From Cycas panzhihuaensis (Eukaryota > Plantae > Cycadophyta), in contig CM041465.1 of NCBI GenBank assembly GCA_023213395.1, positions 76,143,741 to 76,207,740 of the forward strand: 64,000 nt of DNA. The letters are read 5' to 3'. How positions within the stretch are numbered: the first letter of the stretch is position 1; each line of letters starts with the position of its first letter. The position numbers and the translations under genes were made by a program. Under the pieces are notes generated by a model. That model ran no database searches and was not told the DNA's origin. It worked only from the letters and a program-made list of their open reading frames with translations. This document shows positions 58,631 to 64,000 of this stretch, piece after piece.

Positions 58631-61352
58631 ATTTTAATCATTTTTTGTTATCAATTTTTGGGCTAATTTATGTGGTGGGTCACCGTGCGCTTCTTTGCAT
58701 TCAAAATTAATGTGAATGGATCGTGTTTTGATCACTTTTCTCCTCTGTTTATGCCCTAGACTTGCCTGCATAGTTGTTGTTTGATATTTTTTTTTTTTCA
58801 AACTTTATAATATATTGTTTATATTATCTTTAATCAAGGTTAAAAAAAAAATGAATTATATTTGATATCATTTGAAATCCTTTTTGTTAAAGAGCCTAAC
58901 CCCCTACAGGGTTCAACCCCTGGTCACGTGACCTCCATGTGACCTAAAGAGTTTGTGAAAAGGGCCAATCCTTTATTCAATCTTTTCCTTTATATTTTAT
59001 TTATTTATTTTATTCTAAGGGGTAACTGGCACTTTTATATTTCTAACTTCTCACTGGAGTACCATATTTTAACGAAACTAGTTCCATTGTGACAATATCT
59101 TCACTGGATACACTATAGATTGGTCATTTTCTAGTTTTAGATATGGTTTTGATCATTTTTTAATAATTTAAAGTCACCTCATTTTTTAGCTTCTAGTTTA
59201 TTAAACATAAAGAGGTCATTTTACTATTGTTTCTATATCTTTCTTGTTTGGTATCTGTTTTCTGATTTGTTAACTTTGTTGGAAAGTTGACTTAGCTCTC
59301 TTTGTATTGATATAATCTCTTAAGTGATTTGAAGTCTTTTTGTAGATATTATAAGCTTTTGAAGTTAAGGTATTGTATCAAGCCTAACCGCTCACTAATT
59401 GGCATTTTTTGAAGTGTTTCCTTCAAGTTTTTTGGAATAAATTAGATTAAAAGGTCTTCTATTTGTAAGTGAACTCTTTTTCATACCTTTTATAAGGTTA
59501 TATTTTATTTTTATAACATTTTAAGTCTTGTAGCACCAATTAAAGCTGAAAAAGGGGTCTTTGCATTTATTTATTAAAATCTTAAGCTACAGAAGTCAAT
59601 TTTCTAGATGGTCAAATATGTTGGAAAGCAAATTTAATATTCTTCAGTTTAATATAGATTTCACTTAATTCTAAGTTCATTTAGTAGGTATTTAAAGCAA
59701 GTTTATTTTAGCTCCTTATTCAGTCTTTATTGGTATTATTCTATAACTTTTTATACATTATATGTTCTCAAAAGGTTACAACTGATTTATCGATTACTAA
59801 CATCTCATTCTTAAAGCTTTTATTATTTCTTGTTTATTTTTTCAAGTTCTTTTTTGTAGTAAGAAACTAGTTCTTCAATACTTCAAGCTAAGAGGAGCTA
59901 TTCAATCAAACGGGTACTTTTTTGCATTCTAATTGTTCATTTTCTATAAGAAACTTATCATTTTTTAAGCATTTCTATCATTAAAAGTAAAAGTTACACT
60001 TTAGCTACTTATTTTTTGCATTAATAAAGGTTACTTATGTTTACTTAGGCTACTTCTTAACTTTGAAAATTCAAGCTTAGTTAAAGAATCTCATTGATCT
60101 TCTATATTTTCATCATTAAGGATAGTTTTATTTCAAATTTACATAGTTAAAGCCTTATTTGATTTCTAAGATAGGTTATACCTAGTTTGCTTATAAGCCT
60201 ACAAAGGAGCTTCTTGTCATTTCATTCATATTATTACAAAGAATATTTGTAATAATCTTCATACCTCTTAAAGTTCATTCGTTTATTAGGCAAAGAAGCT
60301 TTCTTATTTATCCTAAAGTTATATTTTTTTAAGCTTGAGGAGTGTATAGCAAAGGCATAGTTATAAGTCTTTTCTTATTCATTTTATGCATCAAAGGTTC
60401 ACTTAACGTTCTTGATTTAAGGGCGTTCAAATATTGAAAGCTTCATTGATTCCTTGCTTCACTTATAGAAGGTGCATATAGTTTCTTGTGTATTTTATTT
60501 TCAAAGAGTATTTCCATTTGAAAGACATTGGCTTATATTGGCATTTATTTTAGTTTATTAAGAAAGGTTATTGCTTGTATTTTTTTTTTTTTAATTTATT
60601 ATATCATTTATTCATTCTTGCTTAGTGGATATTGTCCTTTCTTTTAAGTTTTTTTGTATAAAAAGAACATTTCAAAACCCTAAGTAAGACCACAAGTATT
60701 AATTAATTTATTTTCACATTAAAAAGATAAATCCTGAATTGAATAATCTCTATTTTCTAGCCTTGCAAAAGGAACGGTTAGGACCCCTGAAGTTACCACC
60801 TCGGACACACTAATTAGCCTACTCATATTGGATGAGGAAAGACATTAATTATCAGGTATATTCGATGGTAGGTTGAGATGTAGAACCTTTTTCTTATTTA
60901 GTGTTTAGAGACCAAGGCTAGACCTAAAGAAGGTGAGTGTCTTGATTCGAGTAACCTTCACCGTTAGATCTGTTACTAGGCATAAGTCTAGTGCAGGCAG
61001 GTCCACAATTCAAGGGGGTATAAAAGCTTTCTTAGCAGCCCACATATTGAGGTATATCAAGCCTTGAGCTCACATACCAATATATTGGGTCCATGTTTTA
61101 TCATTTGTGGGTAAGCGCCATTAGACAAAATAATAACCAAAGGTTTCCCCAGGAGAACCCTAAGTTTAGAGCCTAGTAGCCTTATTAGGTAATAATTCAT
61201 TTTTAAAATATTAGGTAAAGCTTGGGTTATTTAAACTTGGTTCAAATTTCAAATTCAAAACCCTTTCAAACTTTAAATTCAAATTCTTCTTTCAAAACCT
61301 TTGTCAACTTCACTCTTATTTCACCTTTGTTTAATAAAGACCTTAGTTCAGC

Positions 61353-64000
61353 ATGGCCTCAAGTTTCATCAATGTGACCATTCCTAAATTTGATATAAAT
61401 AATTTCTTAAATTGGAGTAGGAGGATGAGACACATCCTTATAGCTAATGAAATATGGGAGATTGTGAAAATATGATACAATAAATTAGGTCAAAATCCAA
61501 CTAATACGGAGAAAGCCACCTACAAGGAAAATGTTAAGAAGGATAATGAAGCCTTGGCACTTATCTTTTGTGTGCTTGAAGATCATATATTCCCTCATGT
61601 TAGTGAGTTTGTGAAATCAAAGGAATCTTGGAATATACTACAGTTACTATATGAAGGAGTAACCTCTTCTAAACTTTAGAATCTTAGAAGGAAGCTTAAA
61701 AATTTGCATATGTTAACCATTAAATCTGTAACAAAATTCATGACCAAAGTACAAAATATAGTGAATCAAATGAGGTCTCTTGGAGATACCCTAATAGAAC
61801 AAAGGGTAGTTGAATGGATCCTTAAATGTATCGGTGTGGTTAGACATTTTGAAATAGTTTCCACTAGTATAAGTATCTCAAAAGATCTAAGCACAATAAA
61901 AATGGAATAGCTTAGTGTTATGCTTATGTCCATAAAGGAATAACAAAGTACCAATGAGTCACTTAAACATGCCTTTGCTATAAAGGCTCGTATCCAATTT
62001 AATTCTCAAGCAAAAACTTCAAGGCACAAAGAATCATGTCAAATAAGAATGGTTAGGAACCCTAAAAAGGAAGATAGGTAAGGTCCTCCAAAATATCAAG
62101 CCCCTCATCAAAGGAGGCAAGGAGGACAATAACAGAATGAGAACCCTCTAAGACATACAAACCAAAGGAGACAGTTTAAAGGTCATACTTGTTGTCCCAA
62201 TTGTCAAAGAAACCCTCAATCCTTAAGGTCTAATCAAGAATACTATGACAATAAACTAAGAGATAGCCCTCCTCAACCTTATGAGGAAAGGGGAAGATCC
62301 TCTAATATTAATCGATCTCATCTAAGAAGTAGGAGCTTAAGTTATGGAAGGAGAGATCCCCTATATTATATATATTGCCATAGAAGTGGCCATAATGAAG
62401 ATAAATATTTCTCAAAATATGGACCACCCACTAGAGGATATGCCCATAATACATTTGAGTCAAAGGACAATAATAGGTTGTTTCTATCTAGTTTCATTGC
62501 TCAGGAGGAAGAAGATGATAGTTGGTACATTGATTTAGGATGTTTAACTCATATGACATACAAAGAACACATGTTTTGTACTTTGGATAAACACAGGAAA
62601 GGGTCCATTATATTTGGAGATAATACCTCCCATGAATAAATTGGGAGAGGTAATATAGCTTTGATGATAGATATAAGAGAATATAGACATCTAGATGATG
62701 TCTTATATGTCCCATCTCTGAGGAAAAATTTATTATTAGTAGGATAGATGATGGGACAGGACTACAAGGTCATTTTTTACAATGGTACGTGTGTTATAAA
62801 AGACAAAAGGAGAAATAAAGTTATTGTTGCCAAAGGGGAAATGACCATGGATCGCTTATTCAAACTTATACTTACTCCCTCAAACACATATGCTTTAAGA
62901 ACTTCAACTAACCTAGATAGTGAGTTTTGGCATAGAAGGTTTGGCCATCTCAACTATAATAGTTTAACCCTTATGAAATGAATGGACATGGTCAATGGTT
63001 TACCACATATTGATGTAAATAAAAACTTATGTGAATGGTGTCTTCTTGGTAAACACCATAGGGAAAGATTTCTAGATTATAGTCATTGAGCATCAGGTCT
63101 TCTCTAATTGGTATATACCAACATTTATGGGCTTATGAACACTCTGTCACTAGCACGTGCAAGATACTTCATCACATTCATAGATGACTTCACAATGAAG
63201 ACATGGGTGTTCTTTCTCAAGTATAAATCATATGCTTTTCAACACTTTATTGACTTCAAAATCTTTGTCAAGCAACAAAGTGGATATAAACTTCTATCCC
63301 TAAGATCAGATAATAGGGGAGAGTTTATCTCAAATGCATTCAAATATTATTATGTATACCATGGAATTAGAAGATAGATAACTAAACCCTACACCCCATA
63401 ACAAAATGGTGTAGTGGAGAGGAAAAATCATACTATAGTCGAAATGGCTAGGTATATGTTTAAGGACAAGAATTTGGGCCATGAGTTTTGGGGTGAAGTA
63501 GTTCACATGGCTCTTTATTTACTCAATAGGTGCTCTACCAAAGTCCTTAGGTGGAAAACTCCAAAAGAAGCTTACACTGGCTACAAACCAAGCATACATC
63601 ATCTTAGAGTATTTGGATGTCTTGCCTATGCTCATATTCCTGATCAATGAAGATCAAAATTAGATGATCATAGTGCCAAATGTATCTTCCTTGGCCATAG
63701 TAAAACTTCTAAGTCATACAAGGTATATGATCCCAAATCAAGAAAAGTCATGTGAAGCAAGGATGTTAAGTTTCAGGAAGATACCTACTATCAAGACATT
63801 CAAAAAAAGAAAAAGGAGGTTACAATAAAGTTTGATATATCTTCTAAAACCAAATATGTGCCTCCTATATTTGATTCTAGGAAAAGAATCAATGAACCTA
63901 GTGGGGAGGGAATTTCATCTCAACCTCCACCACAAAATCTACTAAAATGGGTTCATCGAAATCATGATTTGGACAACATCTTGGATAATAATCGAAGATA
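61353..64000 (+). pseudogene. Copia gag-protease-integrase pseudogene of element C
   Basis: KKDNEALALIF (gag), decayed Zn knuckle YIYCHRSGHNEDKY, protease SWYIDLGCLTHMT, WHRRFGHLN, FIDDFT..LRSDNRGEF..ERKNHTIVEMAR and LRVFGCLAYAHIP. Multiple stops. Confidence 0.95.

Overview
AT-rich, CpG-depleted eukaryotic DNA, almost certainly from a land plant. It is a nest of decayed LTR retrotransposons with no intact protein-coding gene. It holds several related Ty1/copia elements (labelled here A, B, C, D, G), two Ty3/gypsy pol remnants and kilobase-scale compound (AT)n microsatellites. A 500-N scaffold gap lies at 33868-34367. The contig after the gap (34368-61448) repeats 8148-33867, most likely as an uncollapsed contig/haplotype overlap. 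Most notable observations: (1) an orphan 62-nt exon with canonical splice sites, missed by the ORF track, encoding a BCS1-like plant AAA-ATPase motif (NMITLSGVLNFSDG) inside a CpG-rich island; (2) a copia lineage with very long 5' leaders built from conserved non-coding modules (palindromes around the LTR TATA box, a twin G-box hairpin, a ~480-bp pre-gag block) plus a variable slot after the PBS that holds a 3.7-kb microsatellite in one element and a minisatellite plus a decayed antisense ORF in another; (3) a three-LTR tandem copia structure. All identities and alignments were judged by eye, and boundaries of decayed regions are approximate.
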